32,954 nt of DNA, taken from the NCBI GenBank assembly GCA_900128585.1, contig LT642211.1:1-32954 (forward strand). Direction: 5' to 3'. Below the pieces are notes generated by a model that was not told the DNA's origin, made no database searches, and saw only the letters and a list, made by a program, of their open reading frames with translations. Origin of the DNA: Stramenopiles sp. TOSAG23-3 (lineage: Eukaryota). Position numbers and translations under genes: made by a program. Below are positions 1 through 10,763 of this stretch, piece by piece (the stretch's first letter is position 1; each line of letters starts with the position of its first letter).

Positions 1-2
1 CG

Positions 3-3000
3 TGTGGAACTACTGTCACGAACGCACTGCTGGGGGTTCCAGGGGTGGTAACGGCAAAGGCTTCGTTTGCAGAGTCGAATGCACGCGTGACCGGAACGGC
101 ATGTGTGGAGGAGCTGATTGAAGCCGTGGAAATGGTTGGGTTCGACGCAAGCGTGGGCAACGAAAGTGCGGGAAAAGGCACCAAGAGCAAGGGAAAACGA
201 GGCCACCTCAAAAATGCAACGGCGTCCCAATCTGGGCCGTTGCCAGTAGTACTAGGCGCTTTTCCAGCCAACAGTTACCACGGGTTTTTCGACGTGGGGG
301 GAATGTCCTGCTCGTCGTGCTCTGCAGCAATCACGCGGCAGCTCAAGAACGCCGATGGGATATACCAAGTCAACGTGGCGCTTTTGGCAGGGAAACTGGA
401 GACCGTATACGACCCGGCCCGTATATCGGAAGGTGATATTGCGGAAAGCGTGATTAGCATTGGGTTTTCTTGTAAGTTTTTGTACAACGAATCTTCTTCC
501 AGCGAACAATGTAACAGCAATGTCGCCACCACGACGTACGATGTTTCAGGCATGAGCTGTGCCGCCTGCGCAGGAAAGATAGAGAAGGGGGTCGGCCGAT
601 TGCCTGGTGTGGTAGCAGCAAGCGTCAATTTTATGACACATACGCTAAAGGTCAAGGCCGAAAAGACGAAGGGACCAGGGACAAGAGACATCGTAACGCA
701 TGTGAGGAATTTAGGGTACGAGATCCGTGTGAAGGACGAGAAGAAGGTGGACCCCGAGGCCCTTAAAAATAGTCACGCAAAAGAATTTCGGGGGTGGCAG
801 ATTCTGTTTATATCCTCATTGGTATTTGCGATACCAATAATTATCATCAACATGATCATACCCGTTTTGTCGTCCAAAGCAAACGCGGCCTTGGAAGAGC
901 ACGTGATTCCACGTATAACATACAAGACTGTACTGTTGTTCTTGTTGGCAACCCCGATCCAATTTTGGGTGGGGGCCCGTTTCCACCGCGCCGCTTGGCG
1001 AGGCGCCCGGCACTGTAACTTAGGCATGGATTTTTTGGTATCGCTGGGCACGTCTGCGTCGTACATCTACTCTGTTGCGTCTGTTCTACTGGCGTGCATG
1101 TACAAAAGCTTTCATGGGCAACATTTTTTTGAATCCAGTGCTTTGTTGTTGACTTTTGTCGTCATGGGAAAACTGATGGAGTCGTACGCGAAAGGAAGGA
1201 CGTCCGATGCTCTTTCCAAGCTGCTGCGGTTGCAAGCAAAAACTGCCCTCATTGTGGAAGGGTGTAAAATTGACGAAGACGGGAACATGCACGGTGGACA
1301 GGAGAGGATGGTGGACGTGGAACTCGTCCAACTGCGGGACATTGTCAAAGTGCTCCCTGGTGCAACAGTACCTGCCGACGGAACGGTAGTAAAAGGGCGC
1401 TCCACCATCGACGAGTCGATGATAAGCGGGGAGAGCATGCCCGTGACAAAAATAATTGCCTCTGGCGTGTACGGAGGCACGATAAACTCTACTGGGATTT
1501 TGTACATTCGTATAACCCGCGTGGGGCAAGACACGGCGCTCGCACAGATTCTGCGGATTGTCGAAGAAGCCCAAACCAGCAAAGCCCCGATTGAAAAAAT
1601 TGCAGATCGCATTTCCGGCGTCTTTGCCCCGACTGTTATTGGGATTTCTGTGGTCACATTTTTTGTTTGGTACGTACTTCTCTCTACGGGATTAGCCCCA
1701 GAATCATGGGTTGTCCAGCAGACTGGCATGCAGCACCCCAACAATTTTGTGTTTAGTTTTCTTTTCAGCATTGCCGTCTTGGTCGTTGCGTGCCCGTGTG
1801 CACTGGGGCTAGCGACCCCGACGGCAGTTATGGTAGGCACAGGGGTGGGCGCCGCGAATGGGATTCTCATCAAAGGGGGAAATGCACTAGAAATGGCGCA
1901 CCGCACGACAGCGATTATATTTGATAAAACTGGGACGTTGACAATGGGAAAACCCGATGTGACCCACGCTACAATCATCCACCCAGAAAACCTGCCAAAA
2001 CATAGCAACGCAGATGCGGCAGGTTCTGATCTTGAATTCTTTTTTTCGTTAGTTGCATCCGCAGAGTTAGGCAGTGAACACCCACTCGGTGCGGCAATCG
2101 TCAAGCACGCACGAGTACGATTTAAGAAAAGTGAAACGTTTTGTCTCCAAGAACCTCTTGATATCGATATTGAACCGGGGCTAGGGATCAAAGCCGTTGT
2201 CGAAGCGTACGACCAGTCATTCGAAGTAACCATAGGCAATCGGCAGTGGATGCAGACCATGGATATAACGGTGAGTCGTAGGTTTCACGATCAAATGAAG
2301 ACCGCCGAGGAAGACGGGGCGACATGCGTTGCCGTCGGTGTGGATGGAAAAGCTCTCGGGATTATTGGGCTGTCGGACACATTGAAAGCAGACGCCGTAG
2401 CGACGGTAAAGGCGTTGAAACGAATGGGTGTGCTCGTTTACATGGTCACCGGAGACAACGCACGAACTGCAAGGAAAGTTGCCGAAGAGGTGGGTATAGA
2501 CGAAGAATTTGTTACGGCAGAAGTGCTCCCTCAAAATAAGTCTTACGCGGTGAAAAAACTGCAGAGTGATGGGCATGTGGTTGCAATGGTGGGCGACGGG
2601 ATAAACGATTCGCCTGCTCTTGCAGAGGCTGACATAGGGATTGCGCTTGGGCAGGGATCTGAGATAGCCATTGATGCCGCAGACATTGTCCTGGTGAAAG
2701 ATAAGCTAGAAGACGTTGCAGTGGCAATGCATTTGTCTCGGCACGTATTTAGGCGTATTTTATTGAACTTTCTTTGGGCCATGGGGTATAATACGCTCGG
2801 AATCCCACTTGCTGCTGGGGTGTTTTACCCTTTCTTGCACATTGGGTTGCCCCCAAAGTTTGCAGGGTTAGCCATGGCATTTTCTTCCGTGTCTGTCGTT
2901 ACATCATCTTTGCATTTGAAGTATTACAAGCGTCCTAATCTGCAGTCTCTGGACGCATCTTCCTTTTCGAGTGCGAAGTGTGGTGGTTTTTTTCCGACTA

Positions 3001-3104
3001 TTTGTCATTGTTTCTTCAACTGCTTTTCCAAGAAGCGAGGGTACCAGGCCCTCAGTAATGAGGACATGCCTGATTTTGACAGGGTGGAGGTCGAGATAGT
3101 GTAG
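3..3104 (+). CDS. P1B-type copper-transporting ATPase (ATP7/RAN1/CopA family), 5' end outside the window
   Basis: The frame is open from base 3 (CGTTVTNALLGVPGV, the tail of a further HMA domain). It has two complete HMA motifs (GMSCSSC, GMSCAAC), SGES actuator, CPCALGLATP, DKTGTLT phosphorylation site, SEHPLG, MVGDGINDSPAL, and the Cu(I)-type YN and MxxSS transmembrane residues. Stop is TAG. Confidence 0.97.
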   Translation, partial: CGTTVTNALLGVPGVVTAKASFAESNARVTGTACVEELIEAVEMVGFDASVGNESAGKGTKSKGKRGHLKNATASQSGPLPVVLGAFPANSYHGFFDVGGMSCSSCSAAITRQLKNADGIYQVNVALLAGKLETVYDPARISEGDIAESVISIGFSCKFLYNESSSSEQCNSNVATTTYDVSGMSCAACAGKIEKGVGRLPGVVAASVNFMTHTLKVKAEKTKGPGTRDIVTHVRNLGYEIRVKDEKKVDPEALKNSHAKEFRGWQILFISSLVFAIPIIIINMIIPVLSSKANAALEEHVIPRITYKTVLLFLLATPIQFWVGARFHRAAWRGARHCNLGMDFLVSLGTSASYIYSVASVLLACMYKSFHGQHFFESSALLLTFVVMGKLMESYAKGRTSDALSKLLRLQAKTALIVEGCKIDEDGNMHGGQERMVDVELVQLRDIVKVLPGATVPADGTVVKGRSTIDESMISGESMPVTKIIASGVYGGTINSTGILYIRITRVGQDTALAQILRIVEEAQTSKAPIEKIADRISGVFAPTVIGISVVTFFVWYVLLSTGLAPESWVVQQTGMQHPNNFVFSFLFSIAVLVVACPCALGLATPTAVMVGTGVGAANGILIKGGNALEMAHRTTAIIFDKTGTLTMGKPDVTHATIIHPENLPKHSNADAAGSDLEFFFSLVASAELGSEHPLGAAIVKHARVRFKKSETFCLQEPLDIDIEPGLGIKAVVEAYDQSFEVTIGNRQWMQTMDITVSRRFHDQMKTAEEDGATCVAVGVDGKALGIIGLSDTLKADAVATVKALKRMGVLVYMVTGDNARTARKVAEEVGIDEEFVTAEVLPQNKSYAVKKLQSDGHVVAMVGDGINDSPALAEADIGIALGQGSEIAIDAADIVLVKDKLEDVAVAMHLSRHVFRRILLNFLWAMGYNTLGIPLAAGVFYPFLHIGLPPKFAGLAMAFSSVSVVTSSLHLKYYKRPNLQSLDASSFSSAKCGGFFPTICHCFFNCFSKKRGYQALSNEDMPDFDRVEVEIV

Positions 3105-3538
3105 GACTAAAAAAACGATTTTCAATTAAACTAAAACAAACAAAAAATGTATATAGTAACAGCCAATTTTCTTGTTTTTATAGTAGTATGCTAAAGACTC
3201 TCACTTCATCAATCATTGATTCTTCGAAATCTAAAAATGTTTTTGTGTTTATTTGTATATGATATAATGTAGTACCGACACCTTCTTTTTTCTTTTTTTA
3301 TAAAAAAACAAATTATTATATGTTTTAAGACTCTTATTTTAAATCAAATACTACTTCAAATCCAACCCTAATCCTATCTCGATTTTTTAATTTGATTTTT
3401 AGTTTCGTTTCGTCGTGGATTTTAACCCTAACTGACGTTTTAGAGACAAAAAATGGCTGTTATTTAAGTAACTAATAACAGCTCCATTATTTTGTTTTAA
3501 AAGGTCTTTAATTTACTCAAAGCGATGTGCATATGCGT

Positions 3539-6500
3539 TTACACTCGTACCCCCCCCCTGCCTATGTGGCGGGCCATTGCTTCTGCGTATTTGGTTGCGT
3601 GTGCTTCCTCGTCACGCGGCCGGTCTTCGTGGTCATCATGATTGACCGCTGACTCAGATTTACTATCACTACTGGCAGCGGGCTTGAACTTGGTGTCGTG
3701 ATTAATACCAGGAGATCCTTGAGCAGATGCGTAGGAAGATCCCGACTTTGACTTGGCCGTTCGCCCGACAATGGAAGGCCCTGATTCCGACGCTAGCCCG
3801 AGAGTGGAAGGCCCCGAGTCTGGCGTACTGTCACGATTGACACCGGGGGATCCTGAGGCAGATGCGTCAGCCGATCCCGAGTTTGACTTGGCCGCTCGCC
3901 CAACAGCGGAAGGCCCCGAGTCTGACGTCGTGCCACGATTGACACCAGGGGATCCTGGAGCAGATGCGTCAGCCGATCCCGAGTTTGATTTGGCCGCTCG
4001 CCCGACGGTAGAAGACCCCGAGTCCGACGTCATGCCACGATTGACACCAGGGGATCCTGAAGCAGATGCGTCAGCCGATCCCGAGTTTGATTTGGCCGCT
4101 CGCCCGACGGTAGAAGACCCCGAGTCCGACGTGGCGTCACGACTGGTATCAAGAGACCCCGGAACAGATGTGGGGGAAGATTCTGCTTCAAGTTTTGCCC
4201 CACGCCCACCAGCGTTTTCCCCTGAATGTTTTTCAGCCGCTAGCTTTGCGACTGCTTGTTCATGCTTCATTTGTTTCTCCCAAGCCCCCGACTCCTGCAC
4301 GGCAGTTTTTTCCGCCGCTGCTAGCTCCTGTTGCATTGTTTTCTCTCTTGATTCAACTTCTTCACTAACTTTCACACTAAGTATCGCGGCGGCCACCAGG
4401 TCTTTCGCCAAGGCTGGATCAGACCCGGCAACTTGCAAGTCCTCTATGCAGTTTGCTTTAGCAACTTTGGATGTGATGTCCTTGCACTTGTCCTCTGCAA
4501 AGGCCCGGCTCATTGTGGGCATTTCTGTTGATTTCGCACTCTTTAGGACTCCAGAGAGTGCCTTGAAACCATACCTTGCTCGAATATTTTGATAGCTGCA
4601 GCCCCCAAATAGGCTCGAAGACGCTCTCAGTTTCCCGCCGTTGCACGGCGTGTTCCGGGAACACGTTGTTCCAAGATAAGCGCTATCCTGCTGTGCCGAC
4701 TTTCCCATGGCTCCACAAATACCTCTCCCTTTTCCATCTTTAGGAATTTTCATTGTCAAATACGTATCAACAAAATGCGACCACGCACGATTAATGGTTG
4801 CTACAGAACCCTCGGCAGTCTTGACCGTTACCTTCGAGGACCCACTTCCGCTAACCGTGTTTCCGCCTGGTGTGTTTCCGTTCACCGTCTTGCAACCAAT
4901 CTTAGCCACTACTGCACCATTTATGTTTGACACGACGATGGTCTCCCCACCAGCCTGCACAGCGTAGCCCACGTTGGCGGAAATGTGCCCCTTACGATTC
5001 GGCGCTATCCAGTCCATGTACGCGTGGTGCTTCTCGCTGAGATCAGGGTGCACTGCAAGCATAAATTCCCCTTGTTCGTAAATGTTGAAGCGGTGCCCCA
5101 TAAAACTTGTCGGGTGAGGATCCCCAACAGACCTGCAAGACCGGATGTGCCTCTCGACCGTACATTCCTCGCCGCTCCACGATGGGTTGCATTGGCATTT
5201 GCCCGGTTTTTGCCCTCCACACTTCCCATGACCGCTGCATGTTGGGTTTCCGTAGCACGATTTAATATATTCTTCTTTCTTTTGTTCCTCTTTTTTCTTC
5301 TCCTCTTTTTTCTTTTCCTCTTTCCTCCTTTCTTCTTTCTTCTTTTCCTCTGCTTTTTTGTTCCGTTCCGCTTTCTTTCTCTCGTCTTTCTTCTTTTCCT
5401 CTTTCTTGGTTTCTTCTGCTGCCTTTTTGTCTCTCTCTTCAGTTTTTGCGCGCATCTCCTCTCGTTGCTTTTGGCTCGCTTCGCGTTTCTTGGCGTCCTC
5501 TGCTTCTCTTTTCTCCTTCTGTTCCTTTTTCCTGTTCTGCTCTTCTTTGTTTTTTTCTGCTTCTTCTTCTCCTTTTTTCTTGTTCTGTTCCGCCCCGGCG
5601 CCGCCCCAGTGCGACGGTTCGTTGGGCGCCTCTTTCTCCCTCTTCTCTGCGGCCTCAGGGTCAACCTGGATGATGGGCTTCTGGCTTGGCGTCGTGTAAG
5701 GATCGTCGAAGTGGTTCACGTCCATGCGTCCATAATAGTATGCGTAATAACGGGAGAAATACGACGCGTAGTAGGCAGCGTAATAATCCGTGTGCGCAGC
5801 GTCCGCGTTGGCCTTTTCACAGTACGCGCAATACATCTGTTTTTCATGGCAATAATAACAGTAGTAATCATGCGATGGCCTACGGGTCAAACTATGAGTA
5901 ACGATGGGCGCCAAGGACAAGGTCAGCGCTGGTATCAGTGCTTGGGCAATGTCTTGCACGACCTCCCTACTTAACGGCTCTTCTACCTCATGCGCTACTC
6001 CCTGCGATAGGTCTTCTGTGAGGGCGCGAGTCAAGGTTGGGTACATCTCACGAACGACATTGCGCGTGACAACGTTGGGAATATCGTCAATCAGCGATCG
6101 CTCCATTTTTTCCACTACAGAGCCGAGCAACTCTTCCGCAACAGCTTCTGATATTCCCCACGCTACGTCATCTGCGAGACCGACCTTGTGGTGATCCAAT
6201 GAGCCCGCGGGATGGTGAACGGTGGAACCTGGCATGTTAGACCCCACTCCATTGCGCCAGTTGGTGTCGAGCTGGTCAAGCACGGGGTCAGTCACCGCGG
6301 GCATCAGGGTGGCCTGCGACATTGCCGACATGGCCTCCGTCGATGGATGGAATATCAGCTTGTGCATAACTTCTGGTACATCATATTGCAGGGCATTTTT
6401 CATCGGGTTCTCTAATTCCTCTCGAATGGTCTTCATCGATACCCCGACGCCTGCGTTTTCCGCCGCCCTCAGCTTATGCTCTAACTGAAGCATTCCTAGC

Positions 6501-7465
6501 AAATTTGCTTCTGCTTTCGAGACTTTCGCCGGCCCCTCGCCCTTGTCTTCTTCGCTAATCTTCAGGAGCTCGCGGCGTCGGTTATGCTGGCTCAAGTCCT
6601 TTGCAGTTTGGCTTTTGTTATGTACATTGCCCGAAACATTTCCCCAATTGACTTTGGCGTTTGCAATGCCTCGGTACAACGACAAGACCTTCATGACGTC
6701 GCTATCGCTCATGCTCTGAATCCAATGTTTAACGATGAGGTCCAAGTTCTTTTTCTTGTAATGGAACATGCTGTCTTGACCTGTGCTGCTGATCCCTTTT
6801 GCCCCCTGCGCAACAAAGAGAGCCTCGGGGAGGCCGTACAGATTCTTACGAGAAAGGCCTGGTTTTGCCGGGTTCCACTCCAGCCCAACTTCCCCGCCAA
6901 TCGCATTCGTAAAGCGTAATTTCTTGTACCCCCTAAACCTAACGTTACACTTGGAAAAAGACACGTGCCTGGACATGGCATGCAACTTTTCCGTCTTCAA
7001 AAATTGTACAATCCAAACCGAGTACGGCGTTTCACTTCCTACGCTACTCTCGTTGGCACGCGAGGCAACGGCCCCGCCTGTCGACGAGACGACGCGAAAC
7101 GATGACCTTTCCTTTTCATGTTGAGGGTGACTGTACACATTGGGCCCGCACTGAAGACTGATCATTCTCGACAACGCAGACGCCATTGCAGTGCTATTCC
7201 CCGCTTGCTGCCACGAACTTAGCGGTTCGGCATTAATGTACAGCGGGTTTTGAAACCCCAAGTAAACGACCAGTCCAGAAAATCCAGTTTTTCCATGTTT
7301 CAAAAAGTTTGTATCAAAATCGACAATATCGTAGTGCGCCCGATCCGGCGAGACATATTGTGGCTGCGCCGAGGAGGATCCAACAATTGGGACGCTGTGG
7401 GAAAGAGATGTAGGCGTAGAAAACAAAGCAAGGCAAACGCCGAGGGCAAAGGCAAGGCTTGACAT
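3539..7465 (-). CDS. Large secreted multidomain protein: signal peptide, helical region with Tyr/Cys-rich motif, K/E-rich coiled coil, EGF-like domain, VWD domain, C-terminal Ser/Gly repeats
   Basis: 1308 aa ORF with a hydrophobic N-terminus (MSSLAFALGVCLALFS). EGF pattern CYGNPTCSGHGKC...CQCNPSWSGEEC is followed by the VWD start CRSVGDPHPTSFMG..F..QGEFMLA and a later GICG motif. Confidence 0.85.
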   Translation of the reverse strand: MSSLAFALGVCLALFSTPTSLSHSVPIVGSSSAQPQYVSPDRAHYDIVDFDTNFLKHGKTGFSGLVVYLGFQNPLYINAEPLSSWQQAGNSTAMASALSRMISLQCGPNVYSHPQHEKERSSFRVVSSTGGAVASRANESSVGSETPYSVWIVQFLKTEKLHAMSRHVSFSKCNVRFRGYKKLRFTNAIGGEVGLEWNPAKPGLSRKNLYGLPEALFVAQGAKGISSTGQDSMFHYKKKNLDLIVKHWIQSMSDSDVMKVLSLYRGIANAKVNWGNVSGNVHNKSQTAKDLSQHNRRRELLKISEEDKGEGPAKVSKAEANLLGMLQLEHKLRAAENAGVGVSMKTIREELENPMKNALQYDVPEVMHKLIFHPSTEAMSAMSQATLMPAVTDPVLDQLDTNWRNGVGSNMPGSTVHHPAGSLDHHKVGLADDVAWGISEAVAEELLGSVVEKMERSLIDDIPNVVTRNVVREMYPTLTRALTEDLSQGVAHEVEEPLSREVVQDIAQALIPALTLSLAPIVTHSLTRRPSHDYYCYYCHEKQMYCAYCEKANADAAHTDYYAAYYASYFSRYYAYYYGRMDVNHFDDPYTTPSQKPIIQVDPEAAEKREKEAPNEPSHWGGAGAEQNKKKGEEEAEKNKEEQNRKKEQKEKREAEDAKKREASQKQREEMRAKTEERDKKAAEETKKEEKKKDERKKAERNKKAEEKKKEERRKEEKKKEEKKKEEQKKEEYIKSCYGNPTCSGHGKCGGQKPGKCQCNPSWSGEECTVERHIRSCRSVGDPHPTSFMGHRFNIYEQGEFMLAVHPDLSEKHHAYMDWIAPNRKGHISANVGYAVQAGGETIVVSNINGAVVAKIGCKTVNGNTPGGNTVSGSGSSKVTVKTAEGSVATINRAWSHFVDTYLTMKIPKDGKGRGICGAMGKSAQQDSAYLGTTCSRNTPCNGGKLRASSSLFGGCSYQNIRARYGFKALSGVLKSAKSTEMPTMSRAFAEDKCKDITSKVAKANCIEDLQVAGSDPALAKDLVAAAILSVKVSEEVESREKTMQQELAAAEKTAVQESGAWEKQMKHEQAVAKLAAEKHSGENAGGRGAKLEAESSPTSVPGSLDTSRDATSDSGSSTVGRAAKSNSGSADASASGSPGVNRGMTSDSGSSTVGRAAKSNSGSADASAPGSPGVNRGTTSDSGPSAVGRAAKSNSGSADASASGSPGVNRDSTPDSGPSTLGLASESGPSIVGRTAKSKSGSSYASAQGSPGINHDTKFKPAASSDSKSESAVNHDDHEDRPRDEEAHATKYAEAMARHIGRGGVRV
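3695..4150 (-). repeat. Coding tandem repeat, 102 bp (34 aa) unit, about 4 copies with degenerate flanks
   Basis: Unit SDSGSSTVGRAAKSNSGSADASASGSPGVNRGMT recurs; GACGTC at 3924 and 4026 gives a 102 bp period. Confidence 0.92.
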
Positions 7466-9146
7466 GTTGCTTTCTCAGGAGCCCCGAAAGCGAACGTATT
7501 CGTTAAACCTGGCACCGCTAAATTCTTACGAAACAACTCGTTACCTGCTTGTAAGTCCAGAGTGATGCTACCGTTGAATATATCTAGGTATGGTATACAT
7601 AAAGCAGAAAATATCTATCTTTTGAAATCAATTGAAACTACACGGTGAGTGAAACAATCTATAAATAATTTAAAATGAATTGAACAACAACAATAATAAA
7701 AAGTAAATTCCATCATCAATAAATAATAGTCCTACATAATAATAATATTGTTTTTTATCATCATCATCATCAGGATGGATTGATTCATCCCCCATCCCTC
7801 ATGCCCCATGCCCCATGCCCCCCCCCTTCTTCTCTATTCAACTCTGTTCTCTTGTTGTTGAGGCATCATCCCTCCCCTCTTTCCAATACATATTATACAG
7901 AAGAAGAAGGAAACAGAAAAGGGCAAAAGGGCAAACAATAACAAGGGAAACCGAGGTGACCGATCGAAAGTAACGACTAACATCAAGTACTTTTCAACTG
8001 TTTTGTATTAGTATTTGTATTTGTATTTGTATTATATAAATTCCTTGAAGATATAGATAGATAGGTGTCTTTTTAACCAAAGTACAAGTCAAGTACACGA
8101 TCAAGGCATGATGAATTGAAGGGGAATGGGGAAAGGGGCGGGCGGCGCGGCGGGCGGCGGGCGGGGAAGGCGTCCTCGTACTTGTTTTTAAAAACGGAAA
8201 ATTACCAGTTGTTTTTTTCAGAAGATGGAAGGAATTTACCTAAATAGGATATTATAAGTATAATAAATCAATATTGTATTTATAGAATGCTGTATCAATG
8301 TAATCATATATATATAATAGAAATAGTATAAGAAACAAACAATAAATACTTTATATAGGAATAACATTGAAATGAATGACTGGCTTAGAGAGCTCCGAGG
8401 AAGAAAAACGTTTGGCCAATCAAACAATCACATAAGGAAATACATACGCTAATGAATTCAATAATATACAATACTATTATAAGTATAGTGAATTTATTAT
8501 GGTACCTATTCAATAAAGAACAATTAAAAGACGTGATCTTATATTTTACATACATAGTTATTATAATATATAATTTATATATAGAACTACAACTAAAATA
8601 TTAATTAATTATATATCCACCTTAATAATAAACGAGATTCATTTTTACCAGAATTTTATTTTTTCTTGGATGGAAGGAATTTCTTCTCTTTCTTCTGCTG
8701 TACTGTATCTCCTATTTAAATTGAATTACTCTACTATTCATGTATACTTATTCTTCTTTAGTCTTTCATCTCAAAAGGGGTCGGTAGGTATATTTAATTA
8801 ATATTTTGGAATACAATTAATAATATGGACACAGGATGGGGAAGAAACTTTCTTTTTTTCTTTCTTTCTTTCTTCTTCTTCTATCTCTTTCTTCTATATT
8901 CTTTTCCTTCTTCTTACTTCTATTATATCAAACGATTGACACCGATCAATACAGAGAGTTATGTGTTTGTTCGTGTTGGGGGGGGATGTATGGATGGATG
9001 GATGGTAGGTTGAGGTACAAATGACGAAAGGATTTTACGCAAACTTAGCGTGACCAAGTCTTTTCTTTACCTTTCAAAAAGCTATTTATCCAAAACGATT
9101 TTATCCAAAACTATTTACCCCAAAACTTTATCAATTCTCACCAAAT

Positions 9147-10400
9147 ATGGCTGAAATTGCAAACACCGCAGCAACGTCTGCACCAGCAGCTGAGTCTGGA
9201 CCCGCCCCCGAACCCGCTGCCGCCCCAGCGGAAGAGGAGCAAATTATCGAGTCCAACTGGGACGAATCCGTTGCCTCATTTGACGATATGGAACTGCACG
9301 ATGACCTGCTGCGTGGTATTTACGCGTACGGTTTCGAAAAGCCCTCTGCGATCCAGCAACGTGGGATCATCCCAATCCTTCGTGGCCACGATTGCATTGC
9401 CCAAGCCCAGTCTGGTACCGGTAAGACCGCCACCTTCGCCATCTCCATCCTTCAGTCCATCAACATCAAGGAGGTCATGGGATGCCAGGCGCTCGTACTT
9501 GCCCCAACCCGCGAACTTGCCGCACAGATCCAGAAGGTTATCGTTGCCTTGGGAGACTACTTGCAAGCCAAGGTGCACGCCTGCGTTGGTGGTACCGCCG
9601 TTCGCGAAGACATTCGCAAACTGCAAGAAGGTGTCCACATCGTCGTCGGAACACCGGGCCGTGTACATGACATGATCAACCGTGGCGCCCTTCGCCTGGA
9701 CGACATCAAGCTCTTCGTATTGGACGAAGCCGATGAGATGCTTTCCCGCGGGTTCAAAGACCAAATCTACGACGTCTTTAAGTTCTTGCCGGAAAACATC
9801 CAAGTATGCCTTTTCTCCGCGACCATGCCATCCGAAGTTTTGGATGTCACCAACAAATTTATGCGCGAACCTGCCCGTATCCTCGTCAAGCGCGACGAGC
9901 TTACCTTGGAAGGTATCAAGCAGTTTTTCATCGCTGTTGAGCGCGAAGAATGGAAGTTAGACACCCTTTGTGATTTGTACGAAACCTTGACGATCACCCA
10001 AGCGATCATCTACTGCAACACCCGCAGAAAGGTCGACTGGCTGACGGAGAAGATGACCGCCCGGGACTTCACCGTAAGCGCAATGCACGGTGACATGGAC
10101 CAGCGAGAGCGTGACTTGATCATGCGCGAGTTCCGAAGTGGCTCCAGTCGTGTACTGATCACCACCGACTTGCTCGCCCGTGGTATTGACGTACAGCAAG
10201 TAAGTTTGGTCATCAACTACGACTTGCCGACCAACCGTGAAAATTACATTCACCGTATCGGTCGTTCTGGTCGTTTCGGTCGTAAGGGGGTTGCCATTAA
10301 CTTCTTGACCGCCGGAGATGTCCGTTACTTGCGTGACATTGAGCAATTTTATCACACACAAATCGAAGAAATGCCGATGGATGTCGCGGACTTGATTTAA
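9147..10400 (+). CDS. eIF4A: Eukaryotic translation initiation factor 4A (DEAD-box RNA helicase)
   Basis: 417 aa with [63 protein letters not shown] and C-terminal [12 protein letters not shown]. No introns. Confidence 0.98.
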   Translation: MAEIANTAATSAPAAESGPAPEPAAAPAEEEQIIESNWDESVASFDDMELHDDLLRGIYAYGFEKPSAIQQRGIIPILRGHDCIAQAQSGTGKTATFAISILQSINIKEVMGCQALVLAPTRELAAQIQKVIVALGDYLQAKVHACVGGTAVREDIRKLQEGVHIVVGTPGRVHDMINRGALRLDDIKLFVLDEADEMLSRGFKDQIYDVFKFLPENIQVCLFSATMPSEVLDVTNKFMREPARILVKRDELTLEGIKQFFIAVEREEWKLDTLCDLYETLTITQAIIYCNTRRKVDWLTEKMTARDFTVSAMHGDMDQRERDLIMREFRSGSSRVLITTDLLARGIDVQQVSLVINYDLPTNRENYIHRIGRSGRFGRKGVAINFLTAGDVRYLRDIEQFYHTQIEEMPMDVADLI

Positions 10401-10763
10401 ACCAATCACATAATCCGCAGCAGAGGCAAAAATTGTCACATATTGTCCTATTCTTCTGAATTATTTGTGTAGTGCGTTTTTGTTTGCTCAATGGCACAAC
10501 TCTTGTTCCGGGAGGGTTTTTACTACAGGAGCGGAGCGCCCTGGTGTAGTTATAAAATCTTACCGTAACATGTGTCTATAATACTTTATGTTGTACTTCG
10601 TATATTTTTATACAAAAACGACACAATCCGTGCGACGAATTATCGCTGTTGTCTTGAACTCACCTCCCTCCCTTTGTCTTCCAATTTATATCTTTCATGT
10701 GAATTCAACAAAACGTATGGTGTAGAAAGTTCCAAAAATGAACACCTATGTACAAATGGTGGT

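Noticed and set aside
3753-4592. 279 aa plus-strand repeat ORF
   Set aside because: It is the antisense of the 102 bp coding repeat and stays open only because the repeat lacks stops.
4985-5974. 329 aa Phe/Leu-rich plus-strand ORF resembling a membrane protein
   Set aside because: It is the antisense of the K/E-rich coiled-coil region of the 3539-7465 gene.
9276-10439. Long antisense ORFs over eIF4A
   Set aside because: These are typical shadows of a strongly codon-biased, highly expressed gene.
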